A stretch of DNA of 59,663 bases from a virus: the IMG/VR virus record IMGVR_UViG_3300048921_000145; one strand, given 5' to 3'. Positions 34,201 to 42,809 of the stretch are shown here, one piece after another. How positions within the stretch are numbered: the stretch's first letter is position 1; each line of letters starts with the position of its first letter. Under the pieces are notes generated by a model. That model was given only the letters and a program-made list of their open reading frames with translations. It did no database searches and had not been told where the DNA came from. The translations under genes were made by a program, and so were the position numbers.

Positions 34201-37200
34201 CACCGACAAATACGAGGCGGTGCCGATTCAGCAGCACCTGGCCGAAGTCAATCAGTCGATCAAGGCCGGTGATGAGACGGGTAAGATCAAGCCGGCCGCT
34301 GCAACAGAACCGGCCAAACCTGCATCAAAACCGGTGGAAACTGCATCGCCAGCGCCTAAACCTGCATCAGCAGTGACCGAACCGGCATCGAAACCGCAGA
34401 CGCCGCAACAGAAGGCCAAGGCCCGCGCCGAAGCCCAGCGTCAGGCCGCGCGCGACCGTATGGGCGGAATCAAGGAGGGCGAGCAGTTCATCCCGTCCGC
34501 TGACGTGGGTTACATCAGCGGCGGTGAAACCTACACTGTCGACAGCATCGACAGCAAAGGCAACGTCTACGTTAAGCGCAGCGGCACCAACAGCGGCACC
34601 CACCTGTCGCACGCCGACTTCAACGGGGCCGAGCATAAGGGCGTGACCTTTGCCAAGGTCGAGCCAGCAGCCCCGGCAACCCGTGCAGAAACTGCACCCG
34701 TTCAACCAGCCATGGAAACACCAACAACCCCGGCCGAAACCGCCGCTGAACTGGTGAAGTCCGCCGAGTACGGCGCTAGCAACAAGCTGGTAAGCCAAGA
34801 CCGCGCGGCCGAACTGCGCGAGCGCCTGAAGAAGAAACTCAACGGCTCGCAGCTGAACAGCGGCATCGATCCGGAAATTCTCGCGCTCGGCACCGAGCTG
34901 GCGGTGTTCCACATCGAGGCCGGCGTGCGTCAGTTCGCCGCCTTCGCCAAGACCATGGCCGAAGACCTAGGCCAGCCGCTGGAGAAAGTTCGACCGTACC
35001 TGCGCAGCTGGTTTAACGGTGCGCGCGACATGATGGAAGACGCCGGCCACTCGGTCGACGGCATGGACAACGCCGACACCGTGCGCGCCGAACTGGCAAA
35101 GCTGGATCAGGCGCCGGCCACTGAGGCAAAAAGCGCCCCCGTTCAAACCGCCCCGGCAACTACCGATAAATCCTCGGCAGTTCAAGAACCAGCCGAAGAA
35201 TCACCGACCCTAGCCACTGGCGTGTACAGCCATAAGCAGCACCCGGAAGTGACAGCTACGGTCAGCCAGACGGATAAGGGCTACGCTATTGAGTGGGCGC
35301 CTGATGATGTTCAGGAGTTCAAAGGTAAACATGCGGTCGCCAAAGCACAGGCGGCGCTATCTAAAGAGGGTTACACCCTCAACGAGGAATCTGATGCAAC
35401 AAGTCCCAGCGAGCGTGTGGAACCAAATCGCCCAGACCGAACCGCTGCAAAATCCGTCGATGCGCCTGCTGTTCGCAATGAGCCAGCCGCAGCTGGACGC
35501 CGCACTGGCGAGCCAGGCGCAAGCGCTGTCGACAGCGGGGCAGACGGACAGCGTAATCAACGCCTACCAGCTGATGGCGCCGCTGCTGGCCGAGAATCAG
35601 GCGATCAGCGCGTACATCAACCGGACGGGGCATTCCGACCTACGCTCGGCGATGCCGGAAGTGTTGAACCCGCCCGAAGCGGTGGCGATAGCGACACAGG
35701 AAAACCCGTTGAGCGCGAACGAGCAGCGCACATTGTTGACACTGCTCCGGCCACTGATGCCGACGAGTTCAGTCAACGTCTAGCCGCGCAAAAGCAAGCG
35801 ACCGGCACCAAGACCGTTCGCGGCGACCAAGCCAACATCGATAAAGCCTTGCCCCTCCTGCTGGAGCCTCAGCGCGGCGACGTGCTCAAGGCCGAGCAGC
35901 GTTTCGCTGTGGGCAACGGCATGCTGCTCACCAACGGCACCGGCACCGGCAAGACCGCCAGCGGCATGGGCCTCGTTGTGCGCTCGATCAACGCCGGCAA
36001 GCCCAACGCCCTGGTGGTGGTGCCAAGCGACAAGATCGCCTCGGACTGGATCAAGTTCGCCAAGATGCTGGGCGTGAACCTGAAGCAACTGGAAAGCACC
36101 AGCGACAACGGCACAGACGGCCAGGTCATCACCACCTATGCCAACTTCGGCGCCAACGATAGCTTAGCCCTGCGCGACTGGGATCAGGTCGTGGCCGATG
36201 AGGCGCATTACCTGTCGAGCAACGAGAAGGGTGAAGGCACGGGCGCGCTGGCCAAACTGCAAGGCTTGACCGGTCACCCGGATGGCTTCTATCAGTGGGT
36301 GCGTGAGCGCAACCCGAAAGAATGGGGCGCCTACAAGGAGGCAATGAACGCCAGCCGCGACGCAGCGAAAGATTCCGCCACCACCCAAACGCAGAAAGAC
36401 CAGCTGGCCGAAGTTGAAGGTAAGCAAAAGGCGCTGTGGGACGCTATCGAGAAGCCGGCCAAGAAAGCCTGGCAAGACCGCTGGGCCAAGCAGCAAGACC
36501 TGCCGAAAACCCTGTTCCTCTCGGCCACCCCGTTCGCCTACGTCAAAAGCGTGGACTACGCCGAGGGTTATCTGTTCGATTACGTTGATCCGGCCGAGCG
36601 CTTCAGCAACAAGGCGGAAATAGCCGGTTCGGCCTACAACAGCGGCGATGCGCGTGAAAAGTTTTTCATGCAGCACTTCGGCTACCGCATGCGTTACAAC
36701 AAGTTGACCGCGCCGGAAGCCGGGGTGGATTCCGAACTGATGGAGCAAGGTTTTAACCAGCACCTGAAGGACATCGGCGCCCTATCGGGCCGACGCCTGG
36801 AAGTGCCGTATGACTACGACCGCAAGTTTGTGATGGTCGATGACGCCGTGGGCCAGAAGATCGACCAAGGCCTGGCCTTCCTGCGCGAGCATGCTGACGG
36901 CAAGTACCGCAAGGTCTATGACGCGGTCATGGCGACCTTCGACTACCAGCGCCGCATGTACCTGCTGGAATCGATCAAGGCCAAGGCCGTGGTGCCAATG
37001 ATCAAGGAGCACATGGCGCTGGGCCGCAAAGTGGTGGTGTTCCACGACTACAACAAGGGCGGCGGCTTCGATCCGTTCAACGCCGGACTGGCCAGCATTA
37101 CCGAGGCGGATGTCCGCGCGCTGGCCCGCGAAGCCTTTGCCGCGCGCCCGGACATCTTCAAGAAGATGGACCTGACCGGCCTGTACTCGCCGATTGAAAC

Positions 37201-40200
37201 CCTGTCGGCGGCCTTTCCTGACGCACTGTTCTTCAACGGCACCGTGCCGAAAGCCAAGCGCCGCGCCAATGCCGACACCTTCAACGACGACACCAGCGGC
37301 AAGGACTTGATTGTCTTGCAGTCGGACGCCGGCCGCGAAGGCGTGAGCTTGCACGACACCACTGGCCAGCACATGCGCGTGCTGATCAACCTCGGCATGC
37401 CAGGCAAACCGGTGGCCGCGATCCAGATCGAAGGCCGCACCTACCGCACGGGCCAGGCCAGTGATGCCGCGTTCCGCTACCTGACCACCGGCACCGCCTG
37501 GGAAGCCAGCGCCTTTGCCAGCAAGATCGCCGAGCGCGCCTCGACCGCTGAAAACTTGGCGCTGGGCACCGAAGCCCGCGGTTTGAAACAATCCTTCATC
37601 GACGCCTACAACGGCGCCGAAGACCTGGCCCCGAGCGCCGAGGATGGCAAGGGCGGCAAGGCACTGGATCGTGAGTTGGGCGCCGCTTCGACGCTGACCC
37701 CGTTCAACCGGGCCAAGGCCTTTTACTTCGCACAGCAGAAGAACACCAAGCGCCGCGACCAGCGCGAAGGCACCGACTATTTTGCCACCCCGGAACCGGT
37801 CGGCTTCAAGATGGCCGAGTGGGCGAACATCCAGAAGGGTGACGACGCGCTGGAACCGTCGGCCGGGCATGGCGCCATCGCGCGCTTCTTCCCGCCGCAA
37901 ACCAACGTCACCATGGTCGAGCCGAGCTATGACCTGTCGCAGCGGGCGGCCCTGGCCAACGGCAACGCGCGGATCATCAACGACAACTTCGAGTCGTTGC
38001 ACCGGACCAACAAGTACGACGCCGTGGTGATGAACCCGCCTTACGGCAACGGCGGCAAGACCGCCATCGAGCACGTCGCCAAAGCCGCACAGCACCTGCG
38101 CGAAGGCGGCCGGATCGTCGCCTTGATTCCGCGCGGCGGCCTGACTGACAAGCGCCTGGCATCCTTCTTGGAAAGCGAAGAGGCGCAGAGCCTGCACCGA
38201 GTGGCCACCTTTGTCATGCCGGCCTCGACCTTCGAGCGCGCCGGTACGTCGGTCAACACGCAGGTCATCGTGCTGGAGAAACACAGCAACCCGGACGACG
38301 CATTGAACATCCATGCGCGCACGGTCGACCTGAGCAATGCCCAATCGACTGGCGAACTGTTCGACCGCATCGAGCACTTGGACCTGCCCGACCGCATGCC
38401 GAGCAGCAAACCCGAGCCGAAGCCGGTCATGATTGAGCACGTCACCGGCAAGGGTAAAACCATCACCGGTATCGTGCGCACCGACCTGACCAAGGATGAA
38501 GCCAAGGAAATCGACCCGTACACCTTCCCGAAAAACGGTGGCTTCTTCATCCGATCCAAGTACCTGGGCGACGGTAATCGCCTGTCGGTGGCCACCCCGG
38601 TCGGCGAACCGGCTTCGCATGAAGAAGTACGCGACGCCATCACCCAAGGCCCGTTCGGCCCGGTGGTCAAGAAGCTGATCGATGCCGGGCACATCGTGGT
38701 TCACGGCAACGTGCAATCGCTGCCCGACGGCGTCACCCCTGTGCGCGGCATGCAGGCGGTCACTACGCCCGACGGCACTGTGCACTTGATCGCAGCCAAC
38801 CTGACCCCGGGCAATGCCAACGGCGTGCTGCTGCATGAAATGTTTCACAGTGGTGGCGAGCAGCTGGTCGGCTCCAAGCGCTGGGCCGAGCTGATGCAGC
38901 GCCTGGACGCTTTGCACCGTCAGGCCGAGCAATCCACCGGCAAGGCCCGTGAAGTGTTTGACCGCGCCCGTGAGCGCGTCAAGCAGGCGCAGGATCAAGG
39001 CGCGGTTGCCGATGGCATGACTGCCGAAGAGTTCGGCGCCTACGCCATTGAAGAGCACGCGCAGCTGCCGGCCGCCTTCCGCAAGTGGGTCGACGACCTG
39101 GTGGGCGCCATCAAGCACTGGCTGTTCAGCCGCTACGGCAAGCAACTGGGCCAGGTCACCCCGGCGCAACTGCGTGCCATGGCCAAGGATGCGTTGGTGT
39201 CGATGGCCCTGGCCAAGCGTGGCGAGCTGTTCGGCCCGGCCGGGACCATGTTCAGCGTCAAGTTGTCGGAGCACTTCGACGACATCAAGAACAATGCCGA
39301 CGCCACCAGTTTCAGCGACAAGATCGGTCCGGTGAAACTGCCGCAGCGGATGGCGGATCGCTGGCGCCAACTGACCGATAACCTCGGTCTGCGCATTCGC
39401 CAGGCAGCCGTCGACCGTTACGCGCCACTGATGCGCAACGACCAAGCCCTGTACGGCGCCGACACCCTGGAAGGCTCGATTGCCTCCAGTTCGTGGGTGT
39501 TGGCACGCATGAGCCAGGCCGCAGGCGGCGCGGTAGATGCCTTGCTGCATCACGGCCGCATCTACCTTGATCCGGTGGAAAAGGTCATTGACCTGCACGA
39601 CAACAGCAAAGGCTTGGGCGACACCCTGAATAAGCTCGGTAGCGTGGCGGAAATGACCCGTTTCATGGGTTGGATCGCGGCCAACCGATCCAAGCGCCTG
39701 CTCGGCGAAGGCCGTGAAAACCTGTTCACCCCGGCCGAAATCGAGGCCGGTATCAAGTTCAGCGGTGGCAAACTGGCTGACGGCAAGAGCCGGAGCATTC
39801 TCTATCAGCAAGTGTGGAAAGAGTTCCAGCAGCACCGCGACGACGTGCTGGGCATTGCCGAGCAGTCGGGCATCATCACCCCTGAGCAGCGCGCTACCTG
39901 GAGCGATGAGTTTTATGTACCGTTCTATCGGGTGATCGACAGCGAAAACCTCGGCGGCCCATCCTCGGGCGGCGGTGGTCTGTCGCGTCAGCAGGCATTC
40001 AAAAAACTCAAGGGCGGCAAGCAGCACCTCAACGACTTGCTGGAAAACACCCTGCTCAATTTCCACCACCTGGTGCAAGCCAGCCTGAAGAATCAGGCCG
40101 CGACGCAGGCCATGGACAACGCCGAGCAGCTGGGCATTGCCGACAAGACTACCGAGGCGCACCGCGACAAGAAGGCCAGCACCTTCGTCATGGAGAACGG

Positions 40201-41905
40201 GATTAAGCAGTGGTACAACGTCAACGACCCGCTGACCTTCAAGGCGGTGTCGGCGATCACTGACGCGGGCACCAATACCCTGTCGCGGCGGGTGATGCGC
40301 GGCTTCAAACGTTTCTTTACCAACATGACCACCATCACCCCGCAATTTGTGGTGGCGAACGCCATCCGCGACACGCTGGCGGCCATGGCCACGTCGCCGA
40401 CCAGCGCCATCCCGCTGAAAACCGCGTTCAAGGGCGCGCTGACTTACGGCAACAACCGCCAGCGCGCCCGCCTGATGGCCAGCGGCGGCGGTTTCCACTT
40501 TGGCCAGGTCTACGGCCATGGCGCCACCGAGTTCAAGGCCTCGCTCAATGGCACCATGCGCGCCGCGCAAGTGCTCAAAGACCCGATGCTGATCCCGAAC
40601 ACGCTGATGAAGGCCTGGCGCAAATACCATGACGTCACCGACTTTGCGGAGAACATGAACCGCGCCGGGATTTGGGAGCACAACCAGAGCAGAGGCAAAC
40701 TCAAGGCCGCGTTTGAAGCGCGCGACCTGATGGACTTCAGCGCACACGGCGATGCCGGGATTATCCGCTTCTTCACCGATGTGGTGCCGTTCCTCAATGC
40801 GCGCATCCAAGGCCTGGACAAGCTCTATCGCTCGGGCGGCAAGCCGGCGTTGAAAACCCTGTTCGGCAAGGGCACCAAATCGGACAAGCAGGCCTTCGCC
40901 CGCTTCGCGTCGGTGGTTGGTGCGCTGACCGCCTTCAGCGTGATGCTCTATCTGCGCAACAAGGACGACGAGGATTACCGCAAGCTGGAAGACTGGCAGC
41001 GCGACACCTATTGGGTGATCAAGATCGGCGGCAACATGTTCTTCATTCCGAAGCCGTTCGAAGTGGGCTCGATCGCCACCATGGGCGAGCGCCTGATGGA
41101 GCAGTTCGTGGACCCGACCGTGGGCGGCGACAAGCTGGGCAGCCGGGCCTTGCACATTCTGCTGGACACCTTCGCGATGAACCCGACGCCACAGGCATTC
41201 AAGCCGGCATTCGAGTTGTGGGCGAACGAAAACACCTTTACCGGGCGGCCGATTGAAGACCAGTCGATGCAGCGCCTCAGCCCCAGCCTGCGCGCGCGGC
41301 CGGACACCACGCGCCTGGCGGAAGCGTCGAGCCGCGGCATCGAAAGTGCGCTCGACGTGATCGGTGCCGGTAACTCGGCGCTGTCACCGGTGCAGATCGA
41401 TCACCTGATCCAGGGTTATATGGGTGCAGTGGGCTCGACCGCCATCGGCATGGCCGACACGTTCTGGCGTCGGGCGCAAGGCGAAGAGTTGCCGGCGCGT
41501 AGCTGGGATGAATACCAGCCGGTGAAGCGCTTCTACAAGGATTTGACCAAGGAGGACAACTACACGCGCTACGGCACCGACTTCTACACCGCGCTGAAGA
41601 AATCCGACCAGGCCTATGCCGACCTGCAACACCTGGCCAAGTATGGCGAGGAAGAGAAGGCTGTGGCGCTGGAGCAGAAAGAGGCAGATGTGCTGGCGTT
41701 GCGCGGCACCTTGAACAAGGTCAACCGGGATATGTCGCGCATTAATGCGGAAATGAAGCGCATCCAAGTGGACAAGGACATGGACGGCAAGACCAAGCGT
41801 CTGGAACTGGACCGCCTGCGCTCGATGCGCAACCTGATGACCGAGGAAATCGGCAAGGACCTGGAGCAGCAGAAGATGACTAAGCGGGCGTCCGAGGGGA
41901 AATAA
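31265..41905 (+). CDS. Giant multidomain 'polyvalent' virion protein (3,546 aa, GTG start): lytic transglycosylase + ParB-like + SNF2/DEAD helicase + N6-adenine methyltransferase + HExxH metallopeptidase + ~1,000-aa C-terminal region
   Basis: One uninterrupted ORF with a GAGGG RBS. Domain motifs are listed as separate features. The architecture resembles DarB-like or polyvalent proteins of phages and conjugative elements. Confidence 0.85.
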   Translation: MAENLFLKSPSAIAPTATAPTAPPMPNLQTLPPRSSSAGPLTSSAATVMSQGLLPPPDLQPLFEKYSAETGVPLNVLSALAQQESGYNPNAIGEMTKWGQAKGMLQNLDSNAKSLGINPFNAEQSIAGAARQLRERLDKGYSMEDAVKAHFGGDNREQWGEKTNAYGQEVLAKAGIIGDQLMAGKQKAAPVSPGNDLAAIQAEMDAKEPGRYKVIDPADIAQRDQQRATLASGKDALQNAQQATGAYQAPSPLTLTNQQAVEDRVNSAPAPSPLTPTNQELVQKGMAPVDTRPEDGFAAATGKQLQNFGPHMKDAVAGLVRMGSESIDNATLVGNAGSSGIIQRMQDNGDIIMVQNDRGQNTPTLRNGKLADEANIAAFIRANAGELMSPDEAGALIGMKPRAVTEWAQKTAKQAKLDTIEVRPDGPLAKYGSMIIGSTAEMIPALAASAITRNPAVGMSLIGGQVTGQGYNKGRSGGLNAQDAGNYAIAQGMAEAIPEYLPIHAILEPGKNFFKGLLKAGAAESVQEGVTQIIQDGLDKGSIDPNMTWAQARQNLADAMITGAGAGMALKAGVHGLQKAADAIPTRDREAEAAAAAQAQPAPAAEPQPPQAPEAATVAPAPAPTGPLTRAAQHYVAPEPVVAPAAAEPAGEPVTVRSSDGEMAGTLQDYQDHGQGQWTARVLADDGNAYDFTQDDGVQLERASAPIAPTAEPAQPAQATPEPAPADNIPTLTDVVAPEASPDYTSMDVPSLRAELKATATAIKADPKNKALTKRRSAIEKAIKAGINTADKAPAVTELTGDKIDKQWSRFADDSGSLNVPRADMPQIKAEHRGAMVNFLNARDIAHTQEEVPASSLKPTQEEFSPAKVKKALGYEGGDRSILISSDNHVLDGHHQWLAKVDGDQPVKVIRLDAPIQQLLDTVREFPSAETANGATAAPAPTAEPTNSLSRTASWAIRDKATGEVVMETFDKKKVDALNTDKYEAVPIQQHLAEVNQSIKAGDETGKIKPAAATEPAKPASKPVETASPAPKPASAVTEPASKPQTPQQKAKARAEAQRQAARDRMGGIKEGEQFIPSADVGYISGGETYTVDSIDSKGNVYVKRSGTNSGTHLSHADFNGAEHKGVTFAKVEPAAPATRAETAPVQPAMETPTTPAETAAELVKSAEYGASNKLVSQDRAAELRERLKKKLNGSQLNSGIDPEILALGTELAVFHIEAGVRQFAAFAKTMAEDLGQPLEKVRPYLRSWFNGARDMMEDAGHSVDGMDNADTVRAELAKLDQAPATEAKSAPVQTAPATTDKSSAVQEPAEESPTLATGVYSHKQHPEVTATVSQTDKGYAIEWAPDDVQEFKGKHAVAKAQAALSKEGYTLNEESDATSPSERVEPNRPDRTAAKSVDAPAVRNEPAAAGRRTGEPGASAVDSGADGQRNQRLPADGAAAGRESGDQRVHQPDGAFRPTLGDAGSVEPARSGGDSDTGKPVERERAAHIVDTAPATDADEFSQRLAAQKQATGTKTVRGDQANIDKALPLLLEPQRGDVLKAEQRFAVGNGMLLTNGTGTGKTASGMGLVVRSINAGKPNALVVVPSDKIASDWIKFAKMLGVNLKQLESTSDNGTDGQVITTYANFGANDSLALRDWDQVVADEAHYLSSNEKGEGTGALAKLQGLTGHPDGFYQWVRERNPKEWGAYKEAMNASRDAAKDSATTQTQKDQLAEVEGKQKALWDAIEKPAKKAWQDRWAKQQDLPKTLFLSATPFAYVKSVDYAEGYLFDYVDPAERFSNKAEIAGSAYNSGDAREKFFMQHFGYRMRYNKLTAPEAGVDSELMEQGFNQHLKDIGALSGRRLEVPYDYDRKFVMVDDAVGQKIDQGLAFLREHADGKYRKVYDAVMATFDYQRRMYLLESIKAKAVVPMIKEHMALGRKVVVFHDYNKGGGFDPFNAGLASITEADVRALAREAFAARPDIFKKMDLTGLYSPIETLSAAFPDALFFNGTVPKAKRRANADTFNDDTSGKDLIVLQSDAGREGVSLHDTTGQHMRVLINLGMPGKPVAAIQIEGRTYRTGQASDAAFRYLTTGTAWEASAFASKIAERASTAENLALGTEARGLKQSFIDAYNGAEDLAPSAEDGKGGKALDRELGAASTLTPFNRAKAFYFAQQKNTKRRDQREGTDYFATPEPVGFKMAEWANIQKGDDALEPSAGHGAIARFFPPQTNVTMVEPSYDLSQRAALANGNARIINDNFESLHRTNKYDAVVMNPPYGNGGKTAIEHVAKAAQHLREGGRIVALIPRGGLTDKRLASFLESEEAQSLHRVATFVMPASTFERAGTSVNTQVIVLEKHSNPDDALNIHARTVDLSNAQSTGELFDRIEHLDLPDRMPSSKPEPKPVMIEHVTGKGKTITGIVRTDLTKDEAKEIDPYTFPKNGGFFIRSKYLGDGNRLSVATPVGEPASHEEVRDAITQGPFGPVVKKLIDAGHIVVHGNVQSLPDGVTPVRGMQAVTTPDGTVHLIAANLTPGNANGVLLHEMFHSGGEQLVGSKRWAELMQRLDALHRQAEQSTGKAREVFDRARERVKQAQDQGAVADGMTAEEFGAYAIEEHAQLPAAFRKWVDDLVGAIKHWLFSRYGKQLGQVTPAQLRAMAKDALVSMALAKRGELFGPAGTMFSVKLSEHFDDIKNNADATSFSDKIGPVKLPQRMADRWRQLTDNLGLRIRQAAVDRYAPLMRNDQALYGADTLEGSIASSSWVLARMSQAAGGAVDALLHHGRIYLDPVEKVIDLHDNSKGLGDTLNKLGSVAEMTRFMGWIAANRSKRLLGEGRENLFTPAEIEAGIKFSGGKLADGKSRSILYQQVWKEFQQHRDDVLGIAEQSGIITPEQRATWSDEFYVPFYRVIDSENLGGPSSGGGGLSRQQAFKKLKGGKQHLNDLLENTLLNFHHLVQASLKNQAATQAMDNAEQLGIADKTTEAHRDKKASTFVMENGIKQWYNVNDPLTFKAVSAITDAGTNTLSRRVMRGFKRFFTNMTTITPQFVVANAIRDTLAAMATSPTSAIPLKTAFKGALTYGNNRQRARLMASGGGFHFGQVYGHGATEFKASLNGTMRAAQVLKDPMLIPNTLMKAWRKYHDVTDFAENMNRAGIWEHNQSRGKLKAAFEARDLMDFSAHGDAGIIRFFTDVVPFLNARIQGLDKLYRSGGKPALKTLFGKGTKSDKQAFARFASVVGALTAFSVMLYLRNKDDEDYRKLEDWQRDTYWVIKIGGNMFFIPKPFEVGSIATMGERLMEQFVDPTVGGDKLGSRALHILLDTFAMNPTPQAFKPAFELWANENTFTGRPIEDQSMQRLSPSLRARPDTTRLAEASSRGIESALDVIGAGNSALSPVQIDHLIQGYMGAVGSTAIGMADTFWRRAQGEELPARSWDEYQPVKRFYKDLTKEDNYTRYGTDFYTALKKSDQAYADLQHLAKYGEEEKAVALEQKEADVLALRGTLNKVNRDMSRINAEMKRIQVDKDMDGKTKRLELDRLRSMRNLMTEEIGKDLEQQKMTKRASEGK
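31448..31730 (+). other. Domain: soluble lytic transglycosylase (SLT)
   Basis: LSALAQQESGYNPNAIGE...KGMLQ motif, including the catalytic Glu-Ser. Confidence 0.75.
33720..34000 (+). other. Domain: ParB/Srx-like nuclease fold
   Basis: LKPTQEEF...ILISSDNHVLDGHHQW, i.e. a DGHH(R/Q) motif at ~33938. Confidence 0.6.
35890..37460 (+). other. Domain: SF2 (SNF2/DEAD-like) helicase
   Basis: Walker A TNGTGTGKT (~35930), DEAH box VVADEAHYL (~36189), and a C-terminal helicase lobe LQSDAGREGVSLHD...QIEGRTYRTGQ. Confidence 0.8.
37780..38270 (+). other. Domain: N6-adenine DNA methyltransferase
   Basis: LEPSAGHGAIA (motif I) and VVMNPPYG (motif IV, ~38029). Confidence 0.8.
38829..38858 (+). other. HExxH zinc-metallopeptidase motif
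   Basis: LLHEMFHSGGE. Confidence 0.5.
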
Positions 41906-42103
41906 AGGCAATTGCCACCACCAGCACCGGAACCATCACGACCGGTGCCTTGACCAGGCAGATGACCAAGAGGCCGAGCGGCAGCCAGCCAAAGACGATC
42001 AGCAGGAAGCCGCCGAGGCCTTGCCAGTGGCGCGGCACCTGCGTGTAGATAAAGGCGCCAATGATGGTCAGCAGCACGCCAAGGCCGATGAAGTCAGACA
42101 GCA
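41880..42103 (-). CDS. Orphan small membrane protein (~74 aa, 2-3 TM) on the opposite strand, overlapping the 3' end of the giant gene
   Basis: ATG 42103 with GGAG ~10 nt upstream. Sequence MLSDFIGLGVLLTIIGAFIY...LLIVFGWLPLGLLVICL...VMVPVLVVAIAF. Confidence 0.5.
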
Positions 42104-42150
42104 TAAGGTCGTGCTCCGGTGATAAGTGCTGGTATGATAGCACTGCCGAA

Positions 42151-42272
42151 TGGTGGCGCCTCTGGGTGTTCATCAGATACGGCTTGGGAACTGGCGCGTG
42201 ATCCGGCCCCGAGCCGTCCAAGAGGGTAGCGGCGTATCCGATTGGGCCTCTGAACAGTGATGGCCGCCACTG
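42151..42272. promoter_or_regulatory. Nested-helix structured element in the 320-bp gap before the lysis cassette (candidate leader or sRNA; strand unresolved)
   Basis: Helices 42151-42158/42265-42272, 42172-42181/42233-42242 (one mismatch), 42183-42188/42217-42222 and 42204-42207/42213-42216. An extended -10 (TGgTATGAT, 42130-42138) lies just upstream on the + strand. Confidence 0.35.
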
Positions 42273-42425
42273 AATTGCGCTTAGCGGCTGATGTACCCCC
42301 TCCTGACTCCCCTGTTTTCCTCATTTCTGTCTGGCAATCAGCCATTACGTCGTCATTTGGTTCCGTAACAGCACCATAGCGACTATTATCTGACCATATT
42401 TTACTGATCTGGCCAGGGGCGCCGC

Positions 42426-42809
42426 ATGAATGAAGAACTGAAACAGGCCGTCGAGGCGGTGGCGAAAGACCCCACCGGTTACGGCTGGATGACCTACTTG
42501 TGGGTATGTTTGATTGCCGCGTGGGGCGGGCTGGTGCGGTTCCTCAATTCGATGCGCGAGCGCAAGGAGTCCTTCAGTGCGGCGATGGTCACGCTGATGA
42601 CGGGCTTGATCACCTCGGTGTTTGTCGGCGTGTTGACCTTCTACGCCTGCGAAATCGCCAATTTTGACAAGCTGTGGACGGCCATTTGCGTGGCAGTCAC
42701 CGGCCACCTCGGCGCCCAGGCCATGCAAGTGTTCGAGAAGGCCATTCTCGGCCGCCTGAAGCTGGTCTTCGGCGTCACCCCTTCCGCTGACCCAGGTAAT
42801 ACCCCATGA
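42426..42809 (+). CDS. Holin (127 aa, 3 predicted TM)
   Basis: Hydrophobic segments WMTYLWVCLIAAWGGLV, LMTGLITSVFVGVLTFY and LWTAICVAVTGHLG. Located immediately upstream of the endolysin. Confidence 0.65.
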   Translation: MNEELKQAVEAVAKDPTGYGWMTYLWVCLIAAWGGLVRFLNSMRERKESFSAAMVTLMTGLITSVFVGVLTFYACEIANFDKLWTAICVAVTGHLGAQAMQVFEKAILGRLKLVFGVTPSADPGNTP

